Shown here piece after piece: positions 36,887 through 45,978 of a DNA stretch of 64,000 nucleotides (the first letter of the stretch is position 1; every line of letters begins with the position of its first letter). The notes below the pieces were generated by a model. That model ran no database searches and had not been told where the DNA came from. It saw only the letters and a list, made by a program, of their open reading frames with translations. Both the position numbers and the translations under genes were made by a program. This DNA is from Escherichia phage Bp7, in sequence record NC_019500.1. One strand, given 5' to 3'.

Positions 36887-37084
36887 ATGTTAGGTTACCA
36901 AGCACGTGTAGTTGAAGAATACGACCAGTTGGTTCTTAAAATTAACGCACTAGAAACCTTTATTGAAGGTGGTGTTTTTGAAACTCTTGATATCCGTCAA
37001 CAAGGGTTACTGATTGCACAACTGGATGCGATGGGCGCTTATGCTCATTGTTTAGAGGTTCGTATTTCTTATTTCGGTGAGTAA
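36887..37084 (+). CDS. hypothetical protein
   Basis: 65-aa ORF. Confidence 0.3.
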   Translation: MLGYQARVVEEYDQLVLKINALETFIEGGVFETLDIRQQGLLIAQLDAMGAYAHCLEVRISYFGE

Positions 37085-37385
37085 AATGATTAATTACCTG
37101 AATGTCGGTGAACGTGATATCAAGATTTCTAATTTGCGTGGATTCCATAAAGCAGGTACTGTTTATTGTGCTAAGCTCGTTAAACACCCGGGTGATGTTC
37201 ATTACGCTTTTCTAGAATGCGATGAGGTGGTCGAAGGCGAATTTCCTTTAGCAGATTCTGATACTTTAGAACCCGACGACCGAATTTATTACGGTGAACT
37301 TCATATTCGAGGCATTTATGGTGAAGACGAACCCGGGACTACTCCGATTGGCAGCGATGCCGACATTTACCCTGAAGACATCTGA
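37077..37385 (+). CDS. hypothetical protein
   Basis: 102-aa ORF. Confidence 0.3.
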   Translation: MSKMINYLNVGERDIKISNLRGFHKAGTVYCAKLVKHPGDVHYAFLECDEVVEGEFPLADSDTLEPDDRIYYGELHIRGIYGEDEPGTTPIGSDADIYPEDI

Positions 37386-37398
37386 TTTAACAGGTGAA

Positions 37399-37875
37399 AT
37401 GAAGGTTAAGATTAAGGATACCGTATTGTATTCCTTAAGCCAAGACCCGTCCCAAGATAAGAAAGAAGTATTGACTCGGTGTGTCATTGCAACGTATGCC
37501 GAGTACATGGTTGCTGATTGGTTGAAAGGATATGTTAACAGTGGTCTGGAAGACCATGACGACCCTTATACCTATGCATGGGATGTTTTAGCTCATCCTA
37601 TGTATTGTGGACTACGTGTAGAGGTCAAGACCCATCAGTCGGATTCTAAGTGGATTTCCTGCACTACAGGATACTCCGGTGACTTCCCTTATGGAACAGG
37701 GATTAACCTGGGGCCGCTCTTGAATCATAAAGTTGCAGATTGTATAATTATATTCGACACTTCGGTAAATGAGGCAGGCGATGTCCTGTTCACTCCTAAG
37801 TTCTCTGGTGACAGAGAAGCCATCACAAAGCTAGTCCGTAAGAGCAATTACAACGGCTGGTATCTCGCCTTATAA
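37399..37875 (+). CDS. hypothetical protein (denB position; not verified)
   Basis: 158-aa ORF from the ATG at 37399 inside ORF-track 37294..37875. Confidence 0.3.
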   Translation: MKVKIKDTVLYSLSQDPSQDKKEVLTRCVIATYAEYMVADWLKGYVNSGLEDHDDPYTYAWDVLAHPMYCGLRVEVKTHQSDSKWISCTTGYSGDFPYGTGINLGPLLNHKVADCIIIFDTSVNEAGDVLFTPKFSGDREAITKLVRKSNYNGWYLAL

Positions 37876-37890
37876 TTTTTTAAAATAAGT

Positions 37891-37920
37891 GTTTACATAC
37901 GCCATGGATGGTGTTACTAT
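37891..37920 (+). promoter_or_regulatory. early promoter cassette
   Basis: gtttac, 18 bp, TACTAT, cttcctatcaact, aatgaggag. Confidence 0.45.
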
Positions 37921-37948
37921 CTTCCTATCAACTAATGAGGAGAACAAA

Positions 37949-38215
37949 ATGGATATCAAATTATATTACGCTAAACACAAAGTTACAGGTATGGTTGTTG
38001 CCGCTATGTATGACGCGTCGGGTGAAGGTGATGATGTTACTACAGAGTTATCTCTTTCTGATTGTAAATTTCTCCGTCCCTTAATCGCATCAAAGGAAGA
38101 TTTAGAAAAGCTTATTGATGGAAAACTGGATAATGTTGACGGCATAGATATTCTTTATGACCTCCGCACGGCATTGTACAGGGGATTGATTGAGATAAAA
38201 GAGGTGGTGTTTTGA
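37949..38215 (+). CDS. hypothetical protein
   Basis: 88-aa ORF starting MDIKLYYAK after a GAGGAG RBS. Confidence 0.3.
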   Translation: MDIKLYYAKHKVTGMVVAAMYDASGEGDDVTTELSLSDCKFLRPLIASKEDLEKLIDGKLDNVDGIDILYDLRTALYRGLIEIKEVVF

Positions 38216-38305
38216 GTAGCAAAACGTGGTGCCTTATTTGGATGGCCTGTATCCCAGTGATTTGCGTGTGTTTTAGTTTATTGTTGTGGAAATTGGCATA
38301 AATCA

Positions 38306-38334
38306 GTATACATCTCCATTAATCATGATATTAT
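38306..38334 (+). promoter_or_regulatory. early promoter within a 10-bp inverted repeat that contains the RBS
   Basis: gtatac, 17 bp, tattat; atctccatta (38312-38321) pairs with taatggagat (38347-38356). Confidence 0.4.
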
Positions 38335-38360
38335 AGACCTATCAACTAATGGAGATGATT

Positions 38361-38471
38361 ATGAAAAACTTACTTAAAGCAATTTGGAACATGTTTGTGT
38401 TGTTAATGGTATTGAGCATTTTCCCAATCGTTTTTATGATTGACCATGTACGTGTATTCTTTAACTTCTGA
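38361..38471 (+). CDS. small hydrophobic membrane peptide (36 aa)
   Basis: MKNLLKAIWNMFVLLMVLSIFPIVFMIDH. Confidence 0.3.
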   Translation: MKNLLKAIWNMFVLLMVLSIFPIVFMIDHVRVFFNF

Positions 38472-38481
38472 GGAAAATATT

Positions 38482-38661
38482 ATGAAACTTTTTAAAGATG
38501 TGGTAGTCGGCGAGAGCTTTGTATTGCATAATGGCCAACAACTGATTCGCATTTCTCCTTTGCAAGTTGGGACCGAATTACAACCTGTTAATGCTACAGA
38601 CCTTTATGATTCAACTAAGCGGTTTTTGTGTAGGGCCAAGTGTACAGTGCCTTACTGTTGA
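38482..38661 (+). CDS. hypothetical protein
   Basis: 59-aa ORF. Confidence 0.3.
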   Translation: MKLFKDVVVGESFVLHNGQQLIRISPLQVGTELQPVNATDLYDSTKRFLCRAKCTVPYC

Positions 38662-38704
38662 TGAACTGATGGAATTTCTGTTGACGCTGAATAAGGAAAA
38701 TATT

Positions 38705-39049
38705 ATGTCTAAATTATTTTTTGGTAATCGCAACATTATGTTCTTTAAACAGATTAGCATGTCAGAAACATTTGATTTAAGTTATTCGGGTGACACAAAA
38801 GCTGTTAACCTTAAAAATTTGGTGTCTGCAGAATTTGCATTCTATCAGGACCCTGAAACTGGTTTCTATAAATTTATTAAGTTCCGCATGACTATGGACC
38901 GCGATTATCGCGATGTTTATTATACAAGTTATGAGAGTGCTATCAATGCAATTCGCGAAGCTTATGGATTGGATTCGTTGTCTCTTGACCGCCTGTATAA
39001 TGCAAGCCTTTACACCAGCGGATTTATTTTAGAACAACTTCAAAAATAG
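38705..39049 (+). CDS. hypothetical protein
   Basis: 114-aa ORF from the ATG after an AAGGAAA RBS. Confidence 0.3.
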   Translation: MSKLFFGNRNIMFFKQISMSETFDLSYSGDTKAVNLKNLVSAEFAFYQDPETGFYKFIKFRMTMDRDYRDVYYTSYESAINAIREAYGLDSLSLDRLYNASLYTSGFILEQLQK

Positions 39050-39077
39050 TTTACAACCTCGAGAATCATGTTATAAT
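39049..39077 (+). promoter_or_regulatory. early promoter cassette
   Basis: gtttac, 17 bp, tgtTATAAT flanked by cgagaatcat / atggttctcg. Confidence 0.45.
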
Positions 39078-39126
39078 GGTTCTCGTTGACTGGATAACAA
39101 AACATTAATCTACTGAGGAAATTGAT

Positions 39127-39576
39127 ATGAATACTTATATGACTCGCCGTAACGTTCTGTCTGCTGGTGCTACTACTGTTGCTTATGTTAAGAACGGTGA
39201 ATACCAAAATGGTAAACCTTCTAAAGAAATCTCTGCTCAGCCAGGCTTCTACTTCTTTGTTAAAGGTGGAGCTGATTCTCGTGTCGTAGCGGCTCGTTTT
39301 TATGTCGGTAATCAACGTTCGGCCCAAGGGCTCGACGGTATCGTGGCTAACATTCGTAAGAAACGTTCTCAATCAGCTCGCACTATGGCAGTGAACGGTG
39401 TTGTGTATGAAGTTCTTTATGTACCGGCTTCTAAGATGAAACCCCTGACTACAGGTTTTGGTAAGGGTCAAATTGCAATGGCTTTCACACGTAATCATAG
39501 TTCCGACCTCCAGACACTGGAAGAAATGAACCGTATGTTGGCTGATAACTTTAAATTCATCCTTCAGGCTTACTAA
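39127..39576 (+). CDS. ndd: Ndd nucleoid disruption protein
   Basis: 149 aa; C-terminal [43 protein letters not shown] resembles T4 Ndd. Confidence 0.75.
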
Positions 39577-39635
39577 TGAGTAATTTCCATAACGAACATG
39601 TGATGCAGTTCTATCGTAACAATCTTAAAACTAAA

Positions 39636-39650
39636 GGCGTCTTCGGACGC
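39636..39650 (+). other. UUCG-tetraloop hairpin abutting a TAATGAGGAA RBS
   Basis: ggcgtcTTCGgacgc then taatgaggaaaatATG. Confidence 0.3.
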
Positions 39651-39663
39651 TAATGAGGAAAAT

Positions 39664-39825
39664 ATGATTATCGTAGTTTTTATTGAACTTATTACGGCTA
39701 TAGTCTGTTCGGTTTGCTTCTTTTTAGGTGTGTGGACCCCTGGTCCGATATTCTTAAGTTTTCTGCTTATTGGTTGGGTTCTTTCTACTTTTGTCGGTTT
39801 ACTTAAGACGATTAAAAATGATTAA
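39664..39825 (+). CDS. small membrane protein (53 aa)
   Basis: MIIVVFIELITAIVCSVCFFLGVWTPGPIFLSFLLIGWVL. Confidence 0.3.
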   Translation: MIIVVFIELITAIVCSVCFFLGVWTPGPIFLSFLLIGWVLSTFVGLLKTIKND

Positions 39826-39958
39826 TAAAATCCTGGGCTACTCGTTAGCCCTTGCTGCTTTATTAGTAGCGCTGTATTACGGAGTAATGTTCGGACTTAT
39901 CCAAGTTGTGCTTTTTATTTCCGATGTTATTATGGCTATTCATTCACTAGTATGGTAA
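39818..39958 (+). CDS. small membrane protein (46 aa)
   Basis: MINKILGYSLALAALLVALYYGVMFGLIQVVLFISD. Confidence 0.3.
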   Translation: MINKILGYSLALAALLVALYYGVMFGLIQVVLFISDVIMAIHSLVW

Positions 39959-39962
39959 AATT

Positions 39963-41291
39963 ATGGAATTAACATCTCGTGGTTTAAAAAGTATTATCGA
40001 CAACGAAGCATTGGCTTATGCAATGTATACTGTCGAAAACCGAGCCATTCCGAATATGATTGATGGCTTTAAACCTGTACAACGGTTTGTAGTTGCTCGT
40101 TGTCTTGATATGGCTCGTGGTAATAAAGAAAAATTCCACAAACTAGCTTCTATTGCTGGCGGCGTAGCCGACCTTGGATATCACCACGGTGAAGGTTCTG
40201 CTCAGGAAGCAGGGGCTTTGATGGCTAACACATGGAACAACAACTATCCATTGTTAGACGGTCAAGGTAACTTTGGTTCCCGATTGGTTCAAAAAGCTGC
40301 AGCCTCTCGTTATATCTTTGCACGTATTGGAAGTAACTTTGCAAAAGTTTATAAGGACACAGAATATGCTCCGGTTCATGCGGATGTCGAACATAAGCCA
40401 CCGGCTTTTTATCTGCCTATTATTCCTACTGTTCTTCTTAATGGCGTTTCCGGTATTGCAACTGGCTATGCAACTAATATTCTTCCTCATAGTTTTGATT
40501 CTGTTAAGAAAGCTGTATTGCAAGTTCTTCAGGAAAAACGAGTAACCAAACCCAAAGTGGCTTATCCTGAATTCCGTGGTGAAGTTGTTGAGATTGAACC
40601 TGGTAGTTATGAGATTCGTGGAACGTATAAGTTCACATCCCGAACCCAAATGCATATCACGGAAATCCCATACAAATACGACCGTGAAACATATGTGGCT
40701 AAGGTATTAGACCCTCTGGAAGACAAAGGGTATATCACATATGATGATGACTGTGACGAGAACGGTTTTGGCTTCAAGGTTAAGATTCGTAAAGAATACG
40801 AATTGCCTACTGATGAAAACAAGAAGCATGAAAAAATCATGAAGGACTTCGGGTTAATCGAACGTCGTTCACAAAACCTGACTGTCATTAATGAAAAAGG
40901 TAAACTTAAGGTTTACGAAGATGCAGTTGAACTGATTCGTGATTTCGTTGAGGTCCGTAAGACCTTTGTACAGAAACGTATTGATGGTAAAATCATCGAA
41001 ACTGAAGAAGCTTTCAAACTGGCATTGGCTAAAGCCACATTTATCAAAGATGTTATTGATGGTGTAGTGGTTATCCAAGGTAAGACCCGTAAGGTTTTAA
41101 CCGAAGAATTGACCGGTAATAAAGTCTATGGCGAATATGCCGATAAACTAGTGGCCATGAACATTTTCCATATCACTTCTGACGAAGCCAAGAAACTGGC
41201 CCTCGAAGCCAAGGCTAAGAAAGAAGAGCATCAATATTGGAAAACCACTGATGTTGTAACTGAGTATGTTAAAGATTTGGAGGCTCTATGA
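39963..41291 (+). CDS. 52: gp52 DNA topoisomerase II medium subunit (GyrA-like)
   Basis: 442 aa; SIIDNEALAYAMYTVENRAIPNMIDGFKPVQRF is near-identical to T4 gp52. Confidence 0.9.
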   Translation: MELTSRGLKSIIDNEALAYAMYTVENRAIPNMIDGFKPVQRFVVARCLDMARGNKEKFHKLASIAGGVADLGYHHGEGSAQEAGALMANTWNNNYPLLDGQGNFGSRLVQKAAASRYIFARIGSNFAKVYKDTEYAPVHADVEHKPPAFYLPIIPTVLLNGVSGIATGYATNILPHSFDSVKKAVLQVLQEKRVTKPKVAYPEFRGEVVEIEPGSYEIRGTYKFTSRTQMHITEIPYKYDRETYVAKVLDPLEDKGYITYDDDCDENGFGFKVKIRKEYELPTDENKKHEKIMKDFGLIERRSQNLTVINEKGKLKVYEDAVELIRDFVEVRKTFVQKRIDGKIIETEEAFKLALAKATFIKDVIDGVVVIQGKTRKVLTEELTGNKVYGEYADKLVAMNIFHITSDEAKKLALEAKAKKEEHQYWKTTDVVTEYVKDLEAL

Positions 41292-41391
41292 GCCTTGGAG
41301 TCGAGTTCTTGTTACTCTGTATCTTTGCTGTTATCCTAGGCCTGGCGACAGGCTTAGCTATAGGTTTAATAGCAGCCAACTTTAAAAAGTA

Positions 41392-41417
41392 AGGAACCTT
41401 CGGGTTCCTTTTTTGGG
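41392..41417 (+). terminator. intrinsic terminator with UUCG tetraloop
   Basis: aggaaccTTCGggttcc followed by ttttttgggttt. Confidence 0.6.
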
Positions 41418-41432
41418 TTTAGTGCAAAAAGA

Positions 41433-41461
41433 GTTTACATCTGCTTTAAACATGATACTAT
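41433..41461 (+). promoter_or_regulatory. early promoter cassette
   Basis: gtttac, 17 bp, tgaTACTAT, tagacctatca. Confidence 0.45.
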
Positions 41462-41499
41462 AGACCTATCAAAACAACAGAGTGAAATGGAGATACAAA

Positions 41500-41715
41500 A
41501 TGAACAAGATGAAAAATACCCAAAACGCTACCGTCCGTTTCGGTAAAGTTAAACCTGGCATGAATGCTAAACGTAAAGAACTAGTTGAAAAACTAAATTG
41601 GTTGGAAGTAGAGATAAATTCCTTAGTAGTTCGCGGCTCTAATGGTCGTGAACTGGAAAAACTCCGTGAAGGAAAAGCTGCTTTAATCGCCGAGATTAAA
41701 GACCTATCAATCTAA
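41500..41715 (+). CDS. hypothetical basic protein
   Basis: 71-aa ORF. Confidence 0.35.
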   Translation: MNKMKNTQNATVRFGKVKPGMNAKRKELVEKLNWLEVEINSLVVRGSNGRELEKLREGKAALIAEIKDLSI

Positions 41716-41726
41716 GTAATTTTTAC

Positions 41727-41747
41727 CAGAGCTCTTGAAAAAGAGCT
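41727..41747 (+). other. GNRA-loop hairpin (8-bp stem) between two cassettes
   Basis: gagctctt GAAA aagagctc. Confidence 0.3.
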
Positions 41748-41755
41748 CAAAATAA

Positions 41756-41784
41756 AGTTTACTTCTGCTTTAAACATGATACTA
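41756..41784 (+). promoter_or_regulatory. early promoter cassette
   Basis: gtttac, 17 bp, tgaTACTAT, tagacctatca. Confidence 0.45.
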
Positions 41785-41820
41785 TAGACCTATCAAATAA
41801 ATGGTTATCGGAGATACAAA

Positions 41821-42455
41821 ATGTCTAAAATTACTTATATCATCAAAGCTTCTGAAGACGCCCTGAATGAAAAAACGGCTTCGATCTTAGTACATATCAT
41901 CAAGCATAACTTCATCACTTCAGGCGAAGTCCGTGAAGCCCTGAGTGAGCAATTTAGTGCTGCGGTAGTTAACTCTAATATCGGTGTATTAATTAAGAAA
42001 GGATTCATCGAAAATCTGGTGACGGACTAGTGGCTACAGGTGAAGCAATGGACCTAGTTCAAAAAGCTGCTGACTTGTTCGCTTCTGAAAATGCTCCAGA
42101 GATGTTGGAAAAACGTAAAACGCGTAGTTCACGTGGTGTTACTCCTGAAATGGTAACACTGGCTGATGAAGTTAAAGCTTTATTAGAAGACCGTATCGAG
42201 ATTCGTGAAATTGCTGAAAACCGTAGCAACCTTGAAGTTCGATTCGCTAAACGTACCAACGGTATTCGTCAAATCGAAGTCCGTCGTGATGGAATGATGC
42301 GTATCTTCGGTTATAATATGACTGATAAAGAAAAACAAGTGTTTACTTCCTTGAATCTTGATGTTAAGATTAAGACTGGTGGTAAGAATACTTATATCGA
42401 CTTCCAAAACGTATCATCTGAAGTTATCAAAACCGTAACCAACGCAATTATCTGA
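41821..42455 (+). CDS. motA: MotA middle-transcription activator, split by a -1 frameshift in an A4 run at 42011-42014
   Basis: N-terminal part MSKITYIIKASEDALNEKTASILVHI...GVLIKKGFIE, then KSGDGLVATGEAMDLV... in the -1 frame; C-terminal part RIFGYNMTD; T4 MotA is 211 aa. Confidence 0.6.
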
Positions 42456-42469
42456 CTGAGGAAATTATT

Positions 42470-42799
42470 ATGAACAAGCTGAATATTGTTAATGAACTTC
42501 GTCGTTGTGCAGAACCTACTCAAGAAGGTTGGGACATTTGGTACCATGGCGCTTATCTTGGAACTATTGTCAAGGTTAAAGCAGGTAAATACTTAATCAT
42601 CCGTGGTGGTTCTGAAGCTTCTATGGGAATTCGCAAAAACTTTATGGCGGCAATCAGCACCTTTGTCCCAGCGGCTTATGAAGTCTATAAAGCGGACTAC
42701 AAAGAATACCAAGAATCACAACCGGTTATCCGTTCAATTGGTGTTAATAAAGCTCAACAGAAATCTTTATGGCAGCGTATTAAAGGATGGTTCAAATGA
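42470..42799 (+). CDS. hypothetical protein
   Basis: 109-aa ORF. Confidence 0.35.
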   Translation: MNKLNIVNELRRCAEPTQEGWDIWYHGAYLGTIVKVKAGKYLIIRGGSEASMGIRKNFMAAISTFVPAAYEVYKADYKEYQESQPVIRSIGVNKAQQKSLWQRIKGWFK

Positions 42800-43134
42800 T
42801 TCCGATGGAACTTAACTGGGACGGTGAAGGTCATTCCCTTAAATTGATTGAAGAACAACGTAATGATTGGGACGAGCGTGTAGCTTTGGTAAGCGGTATT
42901 AAGAAAATTTACCAACTCGATCTCCAGATTGATAACGTTTATCTTGAATTTGGTATGCAGTTATTACGATTTCTTGAGATTATTTTTATTGAAAAGGTAA
43001 ATATAACTTCGTATGGCGAGGGCCAAACAGTTAATATTAAATTATCATCCTATTATAAAGGTGATTTAATTGAAACTGCCACCAAAATTCAAGAATTTGC
43101 TAAAGATAACGGCCATAAGGTGATTTTCAAATGA
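42796..43134 (+). CDS. hypothetical protein
   Basis: ORF with ATGA overlap to the upstream gene. Confidence 0.3.
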   Translation: MIPMELNWDGEGHSLKLIEEQRNDWDERVALVSGIKKIYQLDLQIDNVYLEFGMQLLRFLEIIFIEKVNITSYGEGQTVNIKLSSYYKGDLIETATKIQEFAKDNGHKVIFK

Positions 43135-43619
43135 ATCTATTAAAAGGTAAAGCATTATCCTTTAAAGACCGTATGGCTTTATTAGATAAAGCTCTTTCTC
43201 GTGAGACGCCTGAAAGTCTAGCAGCTAAATTACGGGCATATGGTGATTACACCGAATATACAGAAGAGGATGTTTTAGAAGAGGTTCCTGAAATATGTTG
43301 GCAGATTGCTTATTGGAACAACAATGAAAAATATCAGCGCAGGATTGTGTGTGCAGCCAACCGCTTTAAGTTAAAAGACGGTGGGACTCTGGTTATTCCT
43401 GGTGCTCGTCATTATTCTAAAGATATGGCTGAAGTTCTCGACCAGGTAAGTGATAAACTTGTATCAGACCATGTTTGTGGTGATGACCAAGGATTTATTG
43501 ACCAATATTCAAACTATTGGACTCGCGAAGAAGCAATGATTATTGCGACTTATGCTAATCAAGTTCGTATTGAACGTGGCGGTAGTGAAAAAGAACTTTA
43601 CTCTGAGGACCTTTACTAA
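43131..43619 (+). CDS. hypothetical protein
   Basis: 162-aa ORF. Confidence 0.35.
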   Translation: MNLLKGKALSFKDRMALLDKALSRETPESLAAKLRAYGDYTEYTEEDVLEEVPEICWQIAYWNNNEKYQRRIVCAANRFKLKDGGTLVIPGARHYSKDMAEVLDQVSDKLVSDHVCGDDQGFIDQYSNYWTREEAMIIATYANQVRIERGGSEKELYSEDLY

Positions 43620-43900
43620 TGAATCTTAAACAACTCCAAATTGATGCAATCGAAGCCCATATTAATCATGTTAAACGACTGAATGTTATGGTGGAAGACA
43701 ACTGGGGAACTTATGTCAACCAGCCGGCTTGGGATGCCTTAGACCATGAATATATAAAGAATATTAGTTCTAAGACAATCCATGGTAATATGGAAGGGTT
43801 GAAGCCATTCCTACGTGATATGTATATTGCAACTAATAAAGAAATTATCAGCTCTCTTGAATATCAACTAAGGAAATTACGTGAACAATCTGGTAGCTAA
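43619..43900 (+). CDS. hypothetical protein, possible Arn-like anti-restriction protein (size and position only)
   Basis: 93-aa ORF between motA and asiA. Confidence 0.25.
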   Translation: MNLKQLQIDAIEAHINHVKRLNVMVEDNWGTYVNQPAWDALDHEYIKNISSKTIHGNMEGLKPFLRDMYIATNKEIISSLEYQLRKLREQSGS

Positions 43901-43989
43901 GCACGATTTCAATAAGGCTTCTGTCCATAAGGATAAGAAGAAAAATCTTAAAGAGTCTAAACGTAAACAGAAACATAAGGGTAAAGGCT

Positions 43990-44148
43990 ATGAGTCATAA
44001 CTTAGAGAATACCGTAACAGGCATGCGTACACGTGAGCAGGAGTGCTTTGAGGAATTCCTGGGAGCTGATTTTAAGTTCCAGGAACCAATAGAAGAGATG
44101 TATCAGGAATATGTTAAAAAGAACGAAGAACATGTTTACAATCCCTAA
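43990..44148 (+). CDS. small hypothetical protein
   Basis: 52-aa ORF. Confidence 0.25.
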   Translation: MSHNLENTVTGMRTREQECFEEFLGADFKFQEPIEEMYQEYVKKNEEHVYNP

Positions 44149-44162
44149 GGATATGTTAGTAT
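44134..44162 (+). promoter_or_regulatory. early promoter upstream of asiA
   Basis: gtttac, 17 bp, TAGTAT, agccctatcag. Confidence 0.35.
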
Positions 44163-44203
44163 AGCCCTATCAGATAATGACGTACTGAATTGAAGAGAAT
44201 ATT

Positions 44204-44479
44204 ATGACTAAAATTGAAATTGTTTCCGAAATTGCTACTATTGTTTCCATTTTGATTAAAACGGATTGTGAAGACATCATGCAACGTCGTGATGAGTTTA
44301 TTGCCTTTTTGAATGAGTTAGGTATTCGTAATGAACATGGAAAGGAACTTAATGGTTTGTCTTATAACAAATTATTTAAGTCATTAACTGAAGATGAACG
44401 TGATACTCTTATTGAGCAATTTAATGAAGGGTATGAAGATATACACCGCTATCTAATGATGTATACCTCCAATTTTTAA
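44204..44479 (+). CDS. asiA: AsiA anti-sigma70 factor
   Basis: 91 aa; EFIAFLNELGI...LIEQFNEGYEDIHRYLMMYT resembles T4 AsiA. Confidence 0.7.
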   Translation: MTKIEIVSEIATIVSILIKTDCEDIMQRRDEFIAFLNELGIRNEHGKELNGLSYNKLFKSLTEDERDTLIEQFNEGYEDIHRYLMMYTSNF

Positions 44480-45129
44480 CGAGTTCGACCTAATGTCCTC
44501 CCGGCTTGACCACACATAGACGAAAGTCTAGGAAATCCTAAATCCGGTTTGACATCGTACCAGTACAACGATATCGAGCCGGAGTAGACGTTATCCAAAT
44601 TAAAAAACGGGCACGAAAACATATACGTGAATTGTGTTTTCTTCTTTGTAGGAAGGAACACAGTTTCGGTACTTGATTCAAAATAGTTCCCGTTAACTCC
44701 CGCCATATATTCTATTGACGTTTTGTCAATTGGAAACCCTCCCGTGTTTTTTGCGTCTACCGTTTCCGGTAATTTACCCTCATAAGCCACCATATCCACA
44801 AAATAATTCATGTTGGTCGGCCTAAAAGAATATATTGCTGTGAAGTCTGCACCTGAAGAAGAATGCACTATTCGGAGCTGCTCGATAGCCGCAATTTTAA
44901 ATCTATTGTCCTGGTCTTGTCTAATCATTTCAGTATAAGAGGCATAAGTAGTCTCTTTATAAAAGTTTAGAATATACTCGCCTTTATACCAAACCAATGC
45001 CATAAAGAACAATAATATTACGACTAGGACCCGGGAAAAAACTACTTTCCCGGAAGAAGTATCTTTAAAAATTCTATCAAGAAGTCCAAAAAGTAGGTCT
45101 GATAATGAAAATCCTACTTTTGGTTCCAT
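44476..45129 (-). CDS. t: holin T
   Basis: 217 aa; SDLLFGLLDRIFKD, one N-terminal TM, FAVYSFRP-like and ICAQAARILGR-like motifs resembling T4 gpt. Confidence 0.85.
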   Translation of the reverse strand: MEPKVGFSLSDLLFGLLDRIFKDTSSGKVVFSRVLVVILLFFMALVWYKGEYILNFYKETTYASYTEMIRQDQDNRFKIAAIEQLRIVHSSSGADFTAIYSFRPTNMNYFVDMVAYEGKLPETVDAKNTGGFPIDKTSIEYMAGVNGNYFESSTETVFLPTKKKTQFTYMFSCPFFNLDNVYSGSISLYWYDVKPDLGFPRLSSMCGQAGRTLGRTR

Positions 45130-45157
45130 ACTTTTCTCCTTTAAAGATATTTATAAT

Positions 45158-45949
45158 TTAATACTTTCGTATTATAACCAAGAGCCATAGATAGCGCCTG
45201 TAGCGCCCCACGTTGGAGACTTCCGAATACCGCTCTACCAGGAGCACCACCGCCAGATCTAGATAAGTGATTATCCCATCCTCTCCGCCCCGACCTCCAG
45301 CATCACCGCCATTGCCTCCGCCGAATTGGGAAGTGTAACCGGCACCACCCGGGGCGTCATAACTAGCATTACCACCCGGCCAATTAACGCCGCCTCCACC
45401 GATGCCAAATGGTCTACCACCACCGCCACCTGCTGTAGCATTTGGCGCCCAGCTATTCTGTAATGACACTGCACCACCACCGCCGCCGCCTGATGCAATA
45501 ACGCCATAGTTCCAAATACGAAGTCTTCCGCCGATATCATTTTGGATTACATCGCCGCCATTTGTGCCAGGGTTTCCGTTTACAGTACCGTTACCACCTC
45601 GTCCCCACATATGAACTCCACCATGAATATTCAAAGTAACATATTCGTTAGGGGTATCACCGTACATAAAGAACAATGGAACATCTTTAGTATATGATAC
45701 TAAGTTGCCTGTGATATTAAACACTATAGGAGCACCACCAGCTTCAAAACAACGGTCTCTAAACCACTGCCCGTTAAAGTTATGGTCTGCTCCGAGCGTG
45801 TGAATAATCTCACGAGACCGACCTGCAAATTGAGACATCCAAGATGGGTTACCAAGACGCAATTCTCTAGAAGCGGCCGTCATCCAACGTTGACCTGTTT
45901 CAGCCACTGCTGATGTTCCAATCCAACCAGGAATTCCTACTACTGCCAT
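45158..45949 (-). CDS. 38: gp38 receptor-recognising adhesin, T2-type with glycine-rich repeats
   Basis: 263 aa; multiple GGGGG tracts separated by short variable segments; immediately downstream of gene 37. Confidence 0.7.
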   Translation of the reverse strand: MAVVGIPGWIGTSAVAETGQRWMTAASRELRLGNPSWMSQFAGRSREIIHTLGADHNFNGQWFRDRCFEAGGAPIVFNITGNLVSYTKDVPLFFMYGDTPNEYVTLNIHGGVHMWGRGGNGTVNGNPGTNGGDVIQNDIGGRLRIWNYGVIASGGGGGGAVSLQNSWAPNATAGGGGGRPFGIGGGGVNWPGGNASYDAPGGAGYTSQFGGGNGGDAGGRGGEDGIITYLDLAVVLLVERYSEVSNVGRYRRYLWLLVIIRKY

Positions 45950-45959
45950 AAAAACCTCC

Positions 45960-45975
45960 AGGGCCCGAAGGCCCT
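45960..45975 (-). other. intercistronic UUCG hairpin between 37 and 38, directly before the gp38 RBS
   Basis: minus strand agggccTTCGggccct then ggaggtttttATG. Confidence 0.35.
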
Positions 45976-45978
45976 TTC

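Noticed and set aside
41441-41461. TGCTTTA inside the early promoter cassettes (also at 41766 and 59811) as possible MotA boxes
   Set aside because: Spacing to the -10 is only about 7 bp instead of 11-13 bp and a GTTTAC -35 is present; genuine MotA-box promoters are called only at 1553, 20585 and 58036.
42008-42032. Programmed -1 ribosomal frameshift in motA
   Set aside because: The junction (cgaaaatct) is not a canonical X XXY YYZ slippery heptamer and has no obvious downstream pseudoknot; a one-base homopolymer indel is the simpler explanation.
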